Source of the DNA: Auanema rhodensis
Lineage: Eukaryota; Animalia; Nematoda
Assembly (NCBI GenBank): GCA_964057225.1
Contig: OZ059899.1
Span: forward strand, 3,658,001 to 3,722,000
DNA length: 64,000 nt
Direction: 5' to 3'
This document shows, piece by piece, positions 43,981 to 57,300 of this stretch; positions within the stretch are counted from its first letter, which is position 1; the number at the start of each line of letters is the position of its first letter. The notes below the pieces were generated by a model. That model made no database searches. It was not told where the DNA came from and saw nothing but the letters and a program-made list of their open reading frames with translations. The position numbers were made by a program, and so were the translations under genes.

Positions 43981-46900
43981 CAAACGATCATAACTAATTT
44001 TTGTATTAAGCGTTTCTCAATGTAGTATAGTGCATTCGATGCGGATTTTCAAGCTGCGTCGATCTGTGTTATCAGATTTGCGCTAGCTTAAAATGCACCG
44101 AGATATCAACTGATATATGTTCACACATATATACCCGATTTTCACCCTGAAGAATTAATTTTTTCGTTGAATAACCTTGTCCATCGTCTTTGCCTTGAAA
44201 AATGGAATCTAAAAACATCTACTTTTTGCTAAATTATTTTGAAATTTTTCGAAAAAATTTTTGTCAAAATGTTTTAGGAAGCAATGTTGAGTGTACATGG
44301 AAACTCAACATACACTAATGCATCATTTTTCAAACGATCATAACTAATTTTTGTATTAAGCGTTTCTCAATATAGTATAGTGCATTCGATGCGGATTTTC
44401 AAGCTGCGTCGATCTGTGTTATCAGATTTGCGCTAGCTTAAAAATGCACCGAGATATCAACTGATATAAGTTCACACATATATACCCGATTTTCACCCTG
44501 AAGAATTAATTTTTTCGTTGAATAACATTGTCCATCGTCTTTGCCTTGAAAAAAGAAATCTAAAAACATCTACTTTTTGCTAAATTATTTTGAAATTTTT
44601 CGAAAAAATTTTTGTCAAAATGTTTTTGGAAGCAATGTTGAGTGTACATGGAAACTCAACATACACTAATGCATCATTTTTCAAACGATCATAACTAATT
44701 TTTGTATTAAGCGTTTCTCAATGTAGTATAATGCATTCGATGCGGATTTTTAAGCTGCGTCGATCTGTGTTATCAGATTTGCGCTAGCTTAAAAATGCAC
44801 CGAGATATCAACTGATATAAGTTCACACTTATATCCTCGATTTTCACCCTGAAGAAATAATTTTTTCGTTGAATAACATTGTCCATCGTCTTTGCCTTGA
44901 AAAATGGAATCTAAAAACATCTACTTTCTGCTAAATTATTTTGAAATTTTTCGAAAAAATTTTTGTCAAAATATTTTTGGAAGCAATGTTGAGTGTACAT
45001 GGAAACTCAACATACACTAATGCATCATTTTTCAAACAATCATAACTAATTTTTGTATTAAGCGTTTCTCAATGTAGTATAGTGCATTCGATGCGGATTT
45101 TTAAGCTGCGTCGATCTGTGTTATCAGAGTTGCGCTAGCTTAAAAATGCACCGAGATATCAACTGATATATGTTCACACATATATACCCGATTTTCACCC
45201 TGAAGAATTAATTTTTTCGTTGAATAACCTTGTCCATCGTCTTTGCCTTGAAAAATGGAATCTAAAAACATCTACTTTTTGCTAAATTATTTTGAAATTT
45301 TTCGAAAAAATTTTTGTCAAAATGTTTTTGGAAGCAATGTTGAGTGTACATGGAAACTCAACATACACTAATGCATCATTTTTCAAACGATCATAACTGA
45401 TTTTTGTATTAAGCGTTTCTCAATATAGTATAATGCATTCGATGCGGATTTTTAAGCTGCGTCGATCTGTGTTATCAGATTTGCGCTAGCTTAAAAATGC
45501 ACCGAGATATCAACTGATATATGTTCACACATATATACCCGATTTTCACCCTGAAGAATTAATTTTTTCGTTGAATAACATTGTCCATCGTCTTTGCCTT
45601 GAAAAATGGATTCTAAAAACATCTACTTTCTGCTAAATTATTTTGAAATTTTTCGAAAAAATTTTTGTCAAAATGTTTTTGGAAGCAATGTTGAGTGTAC
45701 ATGGAAACTCAACATACACTAATGCATCATTTTTCAAACGATCATAACTAATTTTTGTATTAAGCGTTTCTCAATGTAGTATAGTGCATTCGATGCGGAT
45801 TTTTAAGCTGCGTCGATCTGTGTTATCAGATTTGCGCTAGCTTAAAAATGCACCGAGATATCAACTGATATAAGTTCACACTTATATCCTCGATTTTCAC
45901 CCTGAAGAAATAATTTTTTCGTTGAATGACATTGTCCATCGTCTTTGCCTTGAAAAATGGAATCTAAAAACATCTACTTCCTGCTAAATTATTTTGAAAT
46001 TTTTCGAAAAAATTTTTGTCAAAATGTTTTTGGAAGCAATGTTGAGTGTACATGGAAACTCAACATACACTAATGCATCATTTTTCAAACGATCATAACT
46101 AATTTTTGTATTAAGCGTTTCTCAATGTAGTATAGTGCATTCGATGCAGATTTTTAAGCTGCGTCGATCTGTGTTATCAGATTTGCGCTAGCTTAAAAAT
46201 GCACCGAGATATCAACTGATATATGTTCACACATATATACCCGATTTTCACCCTGAAGAATTAATTTTTTCGTTGAATAACCTTGTCCATCGTCTTTGCC
46301 TTGAAAAATGGAATCTAAAAACATCTACTTTTTGCTAAATTATTTTGAAATTTTTCGAAAAAATTTTTGTCAAAATGTTTTTGGAAGCAATGTTGAGTGT
46401 ACATGGAAACTCAACATACACTAATGCATCATTTTTCAAACGATCATAACTGATTTTTGTATTAAGCGTTTCTCAATGTAGTATAATGCATTCGATGCGG
46501 ATTTTTAAGCTGCGTCGATCTGTGTTATCAGATTTGCGCTAGCTTAAAAATGCACCGAGATATCAACTGATATATGTTCACACATATATACCCGATTTTC
46601 ACCCTGAAGAATTAATTTTTTCGTTGAATAACCTTGTCCATCGTCTTTGCCTTGAAAAATGGAATCTAAAAACATCTACTTTTTGCTAAATTGTTTTGAA
46701 ATTTTTCGAAAAAATTTTTGTCAAAATGTTTTTGGAAGCAATGTTGAGTGTACATGGAAACTCAACATACACTAATGCATCATTTTTCAAACGATCATAA
46801 CTAATTTTTGTATTAAGCGTTTCTCAATGTAGTATAGTGCATTCGATGCGGATTTTTAAGCTGCGTCGATCTGTGTTATCAGATTTGCGCTAGCTTAAAA

Positions 46901-49594
46901 ATGCACCGAGATATCAACTGATATATGTTCACACATATATACCCGATTTTCACCCTGAAGAATTAATTTTTTCGTTGAATAACCTTGTCCATCGTCTTTG
47001 CCTTGAAAAATGGAATCTAAAAACATCTACTTTTTGCTAAATTATTTTGAAATTTTTCGAAAAAATTTTTGTCAAAATGTTTTTGGAAGCAATGTTGAGT
47101 GTACATGGAAACTCAACATACACTAATGCATCATTTTTCAAACGATCATAACTAATTTTTGTATTAAGCGTTTCTCAATGTAGTATAGTGCATTCGATGC
47201 GGATTTTTAAGCTGCGTCGATCTGTGTTATCAGATTTGCGCTAGCTTAAAAATGCACCGAGATATCAACTGATATATGTTCACACATATATACCCGATTT
47301 TCACCCTGAAGAATTAATTTTTTCGTTGAATAACCTTGTCCATCGTCTTTGCCTTGAAAAATGGAATCTAAAAACATCTACTTTTTGCTAAATTTTTTTG
47401 AAATTTTTCGAAAAAATTTTTGTCAAAATGTTTTTGGAAGCAATGTTGAGTGTACATGGAAACTCAACATACACTAATGCATCATTTTTCAAACGATCAT
47501 AACTAATTTTTGTATTAGGCGTTTCTCAATGTAGTATAGTGCATTCGATGCGGATTTTTAAGCTGCGTCGATCTGTGTTATCAGATTTGCGCTAGCTTAA
47601 AATGCACCGAGATATCAACTGATATATGTTCACACATATATACCCGATTTTCACCCTGAAGAATTAATTTTTTCGTTGAATAACCTTGTCCATCGTCTTT
47701 GCCTTGAAAAATGGAATCTAAAAACATCTACTTTTTGCTAAATTATTTTGAAATTTTTCGAAAAAATTTTTGTCAAAATGTTTTAGGAAGCAATGTTGAG
47801 TGTACATGGAAACTCAACATACACTAATGCATCATTTTTCAAACGATCATAACTAATTTTTGTATTAAGCGTTTCTCAATGTAGTATAGTGCATTCGATG
47901 CGGATTTTCAAGCTGCGTCGATCTGTGTTATCAGATTTGCGCTAGCTTAAAAATGCACCGAGATATCAACTGATATAAGTTCACACATATATACCCGATT
48001 TTCACCCTGAAGAATTAATTTTTTCGTTGAATAACATTGTCCATCGTCTTTGCCTTGGAAAAAGGAATCTAAAAACATCTACTTTTTGCTAAATTATTTT
48101 GAAATTTTTCGAAAAAATTTTTGTCAAAATGTTTTTGGAAGCAATGTTGAGTGTACATGGAAACTCAACATACACTAATGCATCATTTTTCAAACGATCA
48201 TAACTAATTTTTGTATTAAGCGTTTCTCAATGTAGTATAATGCATTCGATGCGGATTTTTAAGCTGCGTCGATCTGTGTTATCAGATTTGCGCTAGCTTA
48301 AAAATGCACCGAGATATCAACTGATATAAGTTCACACTTATATCCTCGATTTTCACCCTGAAGAAATAATTTTTTCGTTGAATAACATTGTCCATCGTCT
48401 TTGCCTTGAGAAATGGAATCTAAAAACATCTACTTTCTGCTAAATTATTTTGAAATTTTTCGAAAAAATTTTTGTCAAAATATTTTTGGAAGCAATGTTG
48501 AGTGTACATGGAAACTCAACATACACTAATGCATCATTTTTCAAACGATCATAACTAATTTTTGTATTAAGCGTTTCTCAATGTAGTATAGTGCATTCGA
48601 TGCGGATTTTTAAGCTGCGTCGATCTGTGTTATCAGAGTTGCGCTAGCTTAAAAATGCACCGAGATATCAACTGATATATGTTCACACATATATACCCGA
48701 TTTTCACCCTGAAGAATTAATTTTTTCGTTGAATAACCTTGTCCATCGTCTTTGCCTTGAAAAATGGAATCTAAAAACATCTACTTTTTGCTAAATTATT
48801 TTGAAATTTTTCGAAAAAATTTTTGTCAAAATGTTTTTGGAAGCAATGTTGAGTGTACATGGAAACTCAACATACACTAATGCATCATTTTTCAAACGAT
48901 CATAACTGATTTTTGTATTAAGCGTTTCTCAATGTAGTATAATGCATTCGATGCGGATTTTTAAGCTGCGTCGATCTGTGTTATCAGATTTGCGCTAGCT
49001 TAAAAATGCACCGAGATATCAACTGATATATGTTCACACATATATACCCGATTTTCACCCTGAAGAATTAATTTTTTCGTTGAATAACCTTGTCCATCGT
49101 CTTTGCCTTGAAAAATGGAATCTAAAAACATCTACTTTTTGCTAAATTATTTTGAAATTTTTCGAAAAAATTTTTGTCAAAATGTTTTAGGAAGCAATGT
49201 TGAGTGTACATGGAAACTCAACATACACTAATGCATCATTTTTCAAACGATCATAACTAATTTTTGTATTAAGCGTTTCTCAATGTAGTATAGTGCATTC
49301 GATGCGGATTTTCAAGCTGCGTCGATCTGTGTTATCAGATTTGCGCTAGCTTAAAAATGCACCGAGATATCAACTGATATAAGTTCACACATATATACCC
49401 GATTTTCACCCTGAAGAATTAATTTTTTCGTTGAATAACATTGTCCATCGTCTTTGCCTTGAAAAAAGGAATCTAAAAACATCTACTTTTTGCTAAATTA
49501 TTTTGAAATTTTTCGAAAAAATTTTTGTCAAAATGTTTTTGGAAGCAATGTTGAGTGTACATGGAAACTCAACATACACTAATGCATCATTTTT
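43981..49594 (+). repeat. Long-range duplicate of 28542-34155 (16 monomers, offset 15439 bp)
   Basis: CAGAGTTG at 45129 and 48638 equals 29690 and 33199 plus 15439. CAAACAATC, GGATTCTA, GATGCAGA and TTGAGAAATG occur in the same order, with a few differences. Confidence 0.8.
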
Positions 49595-51353
49595 CAAACG
49601 ATCATAACTAATTTTTGTATTAAGCGTTTCTCAATGTAGTATAGTGCATTCGATGCGGATTTTCAAGCTGCGTCGATCTGTGTTATCAGATTTGCGCTAG
49701 CTTAAAAATGCACCGAGATATCAACTGATATAAGTTCACACATATACATATACCCGATTTTCACCCTGAAGAATTAATTTTTTCGTTGAATAACATTGTC
49801 CATCGTCTTTGCCTTGAAAAATGGAATCTAAAAACATCTACTTTTTGCTAAATTATTTTGAAATTTTTCGAAAAAATTTTTGTCAAAATGTTTTAGGAAG
49901 CAATGTTGAGTGTACATGGAAACTCAACATACACTAATGCATCATTTTTCAAACGATCATAACTAATTTTTGTATTAAGCGTTTCTCAATGTAGTATAGT
50001 GCATTCGATGCGGATTTTTAAGCTGCGTCGATCTGTGTTATCAGATTTGCGCTAGCTTAAAAATGCACCGAGATATCAACTGATATATGTTCACACATAT
50101 ATACCCGATTTTCACCCTGAAGAATTAATTTTTTCGTTGAATAACCTTGTCCATCGTCTTTGCCTTGAAAAATGGAATCTAAAAACATCTACTTTTTGCT
50201 AAATTTTTTTGAAATTTTTCGAAAAAATTTTTGTCAAAATGTTTTTGGAAGCAATGTTGAGTGTACATGGAAACTCAACATACACTAATGCATCATTTTT
50301 CAAACGATCATAACTAATTTTTGTATTAGGCGTTTCTCAATGTAGTATAGTGCATTCGATGCGGATTTTTAAGCTGCGTCGATCTGTGTTATCAGATTTG
50401 CGCTAGCTTAAAAATGCACCGAGATATCAACTGATATATGTTCACACATATATACCCGATTTTCACCCTGAAGAATTAATTTTTTCGTTGAATAACCTTG
50501 TCCATCGTCTTTGCCTTGAAAAATGGAATCTAAAAACATCTACTTTTTGCTAAATTATTTTGAAATTTTTCGAAAAAATTTTTGTCAAAATGTTTTTGGA
50601 AGCAATGTTGAGTGTACATGGAAACTCAACATACACTAATGCATCATTTTTCAAACGATCATAACTAATTTTTGTATTAAGCGTTTCTCAATGTAGTATA
50701 GTGCATTCGATGCGGATTTTTAAGCTGCGTCGATCTGTGTTATCAGATTTGCGCTAGCTTAAAAATGCACCGAGATATCAACTGATATATGTTCACACAT
50801 ATATACCCGATTTTCACCCTGAAGAATTAATTTTTTCGTTGAATAACCTTGTCCATCGTCTTTGCCTTGAAAAATGGAATCTAAAAACATCTACTTTTTG
50901 CTAAATTTTTTTGAAATTTTTCGAAAAAATTTTTGTCAAAATGTTTTTGGAAGCAATGTTGAGTGTACATGGAAACTCAACATACACTAATGCATCATTT
51001 TTCAAACGATCATAACTAATTTTTGTATTAGGCGTTTCTCAATGTAGTATAGTGCATTCGATGCGGATTTTTAAGCTGCGTCGATCTGTGTTATCAGATT
51101 TGCGCTAGCTTAAAAATGCACCGAGATATCAACTGATATATGTTCACACATATATACCCGATTTTCACCCTGAAGAATTAATTTTTTCGTTGAATAACCT
51201 TGTCCATCGTCTTTGCCTTGAAAAATGGAATCTAAAAACATCTACTTTTTGCTAAATTATTTTGAAATTTTTCGAAAAAATTTTTGTCAAAATGTTTTTG
51301 GAAGCAATGTTGAGTGTACATGGAAACTCAACATACACTAATGCATCATTTTT

Positions 51354-54300
51354 CAAACGATCATAACTAATTTTTGTATTAAGCGTTTCTCAATGTAGTA
51401 TAATGCATTCGATGCGGATTTTTAAGCTGCGTCGATCTGTGTTATCAGATTTGCGCTAGCTTAAAAATGCACCGAGATATCAACTGATATAAGTTCACAC
51501 TTATATCCTCGATTTTCACCCTGAAGAAATAATTTTTTCGTTGAATAACATTGTCCATCGTCTTTGCTTTGAAAAATGGAATCTAAAAACATCTACTTTC
51601 TGCTAAATTATTTTGAAATTTTTCGAAAAAATTTTTGTCAAAATATTTTTGGAAGCAATGTTGAGTGTACATGGAAACTCAACATACACTAATGCATCAT
51701 TTTTCAAACGATCATAACTAATTTTTGTATTAAGCGTTTCTCAATGTAGTATAGTGCATTCGATGCGGATTTTTAAGCTGCGTCGATCTGTGTTATCAGA
51801 TTTGCGCTAGCTTAAAAATGCACCGAGATATCAACTGATATAAGTTCACACTTATATCCTCGATTTTCACCCTGAAGAATTTATTTTTTTGTTGAATAAC
51901 ATTGTCCATCGTCTTTGCCTTGAAAAATGGAATCTTAAAACATCTACTTTTTGCTAAATTATTTTGAAATTTTTCGAAAAAATTTTTGTCAAAATGTTTT
52001 TGGAAGCAATGTTGAGTGTACATGGAAACTCAACATACACTAATGCATCATTTTTCAAACGATCATAACTAATTTTTGTATCAAGTGTTTCTCAATGTAG
52101 TATTGTGCATTCGATGCGGATTTTTAAGCTGCGTCGATCTGTGTTATCAGATTTGCGCTAGCTTAAAAATGCACCGAGATATCAACTGATATAAGTTCAC
52201 ACTTATATCCTCGATTTTCACCCTGAAGAATTAATTTTTTCGTTGAATAACATTGTCCATCGTCTTTGCTTTGAAAAATGGAATCTTAAAACATCTACTT
52301 TTTGCTAAATTATTTTGAAATTTTTCGAAAAAATTTTTGTCAAAATGTTTTTGGAAGCAATGTTGAGTGTACATGGAAACTCAACATACACTAATGCATC
52401 ATTTTTCAAACGATCATAACTAATTTTTGTATTAAGCGTTTCTCAATGTAGTATAATGCATTCGATGCGGATTTTTAAGCTGCGTCGATCTGTGTTATCA
52501 GATTTGCGCTAGCTTAAAAATGCACCGAGATATCAACTGATATAAGTTCACACTTATATCCTCGATTTTCACCCTGAAGAAATAATTTTTTCGTTGAATA
52601 ACATTGTCCATCGTCTTTGCTTTGAAAAATGGAATCTAAAAACATCTACTTTCTGCTAAATTATTTTGAAATTTTTCGAAAAAATTTTTGTCAAAATATT
52701 TTTGGAAGCAATGTTGAGTGTACATGGAAACTCAACATACACTAATGCATCATTTTTCAAACGATCATAACTAATTTTTGTATTAAGCGTTTCTCAATGT
52801 AGTATAGTGCATTCGATGCGGATTTTTAAGCTGCGTCGATCTGTGTTATCAGATTTGCGCTAGCTTAAAAATGCACCGAGATATCAACTGATATAAGTTC
52901 ACACTTATATCCTCGATTTTCACCCTGAAGAATTTATTTTTTTGTTGAATAACATTGTCCATCGTCTTTGCCTTGAAAAATGGAATCTTAAAACATCTAC
53001 TTTTTGCTAAATTATTTTGAAATTTTTCGAAAAAATTTTTGTCAAAATGTTTTTGGAAGCAATGTTGAGTGTACATGGAAACTCAACATACACTAATGCA
53101 TCATTTTTCAAACGATCATAACTAATTTTTGTATCAAGTGTTTCTCAATGTAGTATTGTGCATTCGATGCGGATTTTTAAGCTGCGTCGATCTGTGTTAT
53201 CAGATTTGCGCTAGCTTAAAAATGCACCGAGATATCAACTGATATAAGTTCACACTTATATACCCGATTTTCACCCTGAAGAATTAATTTTTTCGTTGAA
53301 TAACCTTGTCCATCGTCTTTGCCTTGAAAAATGGAATCTAAAAACATCTACTTTTTGCTAAATTTTTTTGAAATTTTTCGAAAAAATTTTTGTCAAAATG
53401 TTTTTGGAAGCAATGTTGAGTGTACATGGAAACTCAACATACACTAATGCATCATTTTTCAAACGATCATAACTAATTTTTGTATTAGGCGTTTCTCAAT
53501 GTAGTATAGTGCATTCGATGCGGATTTTTAAGCTGCGTCGATCTGTGTTATCAGATTTGCGCTAGCTTAAAAATGCACCGAGATATCAACTGATATATGT
53601 TCACACATATATACCCGATTTTCACCCTGAAGAATTAATTTTTTCGTTGAATAACCTTGTCCATCGTCTTTGCCTTGAAAAATGGAATCTAAAAACATCT
53701 ACTTTTTGCTAAATTATTTTGAAATTTTTCGAAAAAATTTTTGTCAAAATGTTTTTGGAAGCAATGTTGAGTGTACATGGAAACTCAACATACACTAATG
53801 CATCATTTTTCAAACGATCATAACTAATTTTTGTATTAAGCGTTTCTCAATGTAGTATAATGCATTCGATGCGGATTTTTAAGCTGCGTCGATCTGTGTT
53901 ATCAGATTTGCGCTAGCTTAAAAATGCACCGAGATATCAACTGATATAAGTTCACACTTATATCCTCGATTTTCACCCTGAAGAAATAATTTTTTCGTTG
54001 AATAACATTGTCCATCGTCTTTGCTTTGAAAAATGGAATCTAAAAACATCTACTTTCTGCTAAATTATTTTGAAATTTTTCGAAAAAATTTTTGTCAAAA
54101 TATTTTTGGAAGCAATGTTGAGTGTACATGGAAACTCAACATACACTAATGCATCATTTTTCAAACGATCATAACTAATTTTTGTATTAAGCGTTTCTCA
54201 ATGTAGTATAGTGCATTCGATGCGGATTTTTAAGCTGCGTCGATCTGTGTTATCAGATTTGCGCTAGCTTAAAAATGCACCGAGATATCAACTGATATAA

Positions 54301-57300
54301 GTTCACACTTATATCCTCGATTTTCACCCTGAAGAATTTATTTTTTTGTTGAATAACATTGTCCATCGTCTTTGCCTTGAAAAATGGAATCTTAAAACAT
54401 CTACTTTTTGCTAAATTATTTTGAAATTTTTCGAAAAAATTTTTGTCAAAATGTTTTTGGAAGCAATGTTGAGTGTACATGGAAACTCAACATACACTAA
54501 TGCATCATTTTTCAAACGATCATAACTAATTTTTGTATCAAGTGTTTCTCAATGTAGTATTGTGCATTCGATGCGGATTTTTAAGCTGCGTCGATCTGTG
54601 TTATCAGATTTGCGCTAGCTTAAAAATGCACCGAGATATCAACTGATATAAGTTCACACTTATATCCTCGATTTTCACCCTGAAGAATTAATTTTTTCGT
54701 TGAATAACATTGTCCATCGTCTTTGCCTTGAAAAATGGAATCTTAAAACATCTACTTTTTGCTAAATTATTTTGAAATTTTTCGAAAAAATTTTTGTCAA
54801 AATGTTTTTGGAAGCAATGTTGAGTGTACATGGAAACTCAACATACACTAATGCATCATTTTTCAAACGATCATAACTAATTTTTGTATTAAGCGTTTCT
54901 CAATGTAGTATAATGCATTCGATGCGGATTTTTAAGCTGCGTCGATCTGTGTTATCAGATTTGCGCTAGCTTAAAAATGCACCGAGATATCAACTGATAT
55001 AAGTTCACACTTATATCCTCGATTTTCACCCTGAAGAAATAATTTTTTCGTTGAATAACATTGTCCATCGTCTTTGCTTTGAAAAATGGAATCTAAAAAC
55101 ATCTACTTTCTGCTAAATTATTTTGAAATTTTTCGAAAAAATTTTTGTCAAAATATTTTTGGAAGCAATGTTGAGTGTACATGGAAACTCAACATACACT
55201 AATGCATCATTTTTCAAACGATCATAACTAATTTTTGTATTAAGCGTTTCTCAATGTAGTATAGTGCATTCGATGCGGATTTTTAAGCTGCGTCGATCTG
55301 TGTTATCAGATTTGCGCTAGCTTAAAAATGCACCGAGATATCAACTGATATAAGTTCACACTTATATCCTCGATTTTCACCCTGAAGAATTAATTTTTTC
55401 GTTGAATAACATTGTCCATCGTCTTTGCCTTGAAAAAAGGAATCTAAAAACATCTACTTTTTGCTAAATTATTTTGAAATTTTTCCAAAAAAATTTTTGT
55501 CAAAATGTTTTTGGAAGCAATGTTGAGTGTACATGGAAACTCAACATACACTAATGCATCATTTTTCAAACGATCATAACTAATTTTTGTATCAAGCTTT
55601 TCTTAATGTAGTATTGTGCATTCGATCCGGATTTTTAAGCTGCGTCGATCTGTGTTATCAGATTTGCGCTAGCTTAAAAATGCACCGAGATATCAACTGA
55701 TATAAGTTCACACTTATATCCTCGATTTTCACCCTGAAGAAATAATTTTTTCGTTAAATAACATTGTCCATCGTCTTTGCCTTGAAAAAAGGAATCTAAA
55801 AACAACTACTTTTTGCTAAATTATTTTGAAATTTTTCGAAAAAATTTTTGTCAAAATGTTTTTGGAAGCAATGTTGAGTGTACATGGAAACTCAACATAC
55901 ACTAATGCATCATTTTTCAAACGATCATAACTAATTTTTGTATCAAGCTTTTCTTAATGTAGTATTGTGCATTCGATCCGGATTTTTAAGCTGCGTCGAT
56001 CTGTGTTATCAGATTTGCGCTAGCTTAAAAATGCACCGAGATATCAACTGATATATGTTCACACATATATACCCGATTTTCACCCTGAAGAATTAATTTT
56101 TTCGTTGAATAACCTTGTCCATCGTCTTTGCCTTGAAAAATGGAATCTAAAAACATCTACTTTTTGCTAAATTATTTTGAAATTTTTCGAAAAAATTTTT
56201 GTCAAAATGTTTTTGGAAGCAATGTTGAGTGTACATGGAAACTCAACATACACTAATGCATCATTTTTCAAACGATCATAACTAATTTTTGTATTAAGCG
56301 TTTCTCAATGTAGTATAATGCATTCGATGCGGATTTTTAAGCTGCGTCGATCTGTGTTATCAGATTTGCGCTAGCTTAAAAATGCACCGAGATATCAACT
56401 GATATAAGTTCACACTTATATCCTCGATTTTCACCCTGAAGAAATAATTTTTTCGTTGAATAACATTGTCCATCGTCTTTGCTTTGAAAAATGGAATCTA
56501 AAAACATCTACTTTCTGCTAAATTATTTTGAAATTTTTCGAAAAAATTTTTGTCAAAATATTTTTGGAAGCAATGTTGAGTGTACATGGAAACTCAACAT
56601 ACACTAATGCATCATTTTTCAAACGATCATAACTAATTTTTGTATTAAGCGTTTCTCAATGTAGTATAGTGCATTCGATGCGGATTTTTAAGCTGCGTCG
56701 ATCTGTGTTATCAGATTTGCGCTAGCTTAAAAATGCACCGAGATATCAACTGATATAAGTTCACACTTATATCCTCGATTTTCACCCTGAAGAATTTATT
56801 TTTTTGTTGAATAACATTGTCCATCGTCTTTGCCTTGAAAAATGGAATCTTAAAACATCTACTTTTTGCTAAATTATTTTGAAATTTTTCGAAAAAATTT
56901 TTGTCAAAATGTTTTTGGAAGCAATGTTGAGTGTACATGGAAACTCAACATACACTAATGCATCATTTTTCAAACGATCATAACTAATTTTTGTATCAAG
57001 TGTTTCTCAATGTAGTATTGTGCATTCGATGCGGATTTTTAAGCTGCGTCGATCTGTGTTATCAGATTTGCGCTAGCTTAAAAATGCACCGAGATATCAA
57101 CTGATATAAGTTCACACTTATATCCTCGATTTTCACCCTGAAGAATTAATTTTTTCGTTGAATAACATTGTCCATCGTCTTTGCCTTGAAAAATGGAATC
57201 TTAAAACATCTACTTTTTGCTAAATTATTTTGAAATTTTTCGAAAAAATTTTTGTCAAAATGTTTTTGGAAGCAATGTTGAGTGTACATGGAAACTCAAC

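Larger units (their letters stand above)
15388..51353 (+). repeat. Forward satellite domain II (distinct variant set)
   Basis: Forward phase resumes at monomer position 184/185, with the next monomer start at 15556. Markers TGATATATGTTC, AACTGATTTT, AAATTTTTTTG, CTTTCTGCT, TTTTAGGA and CAGAGTTG were not seen in 1-15388. Confidence 0.9.
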
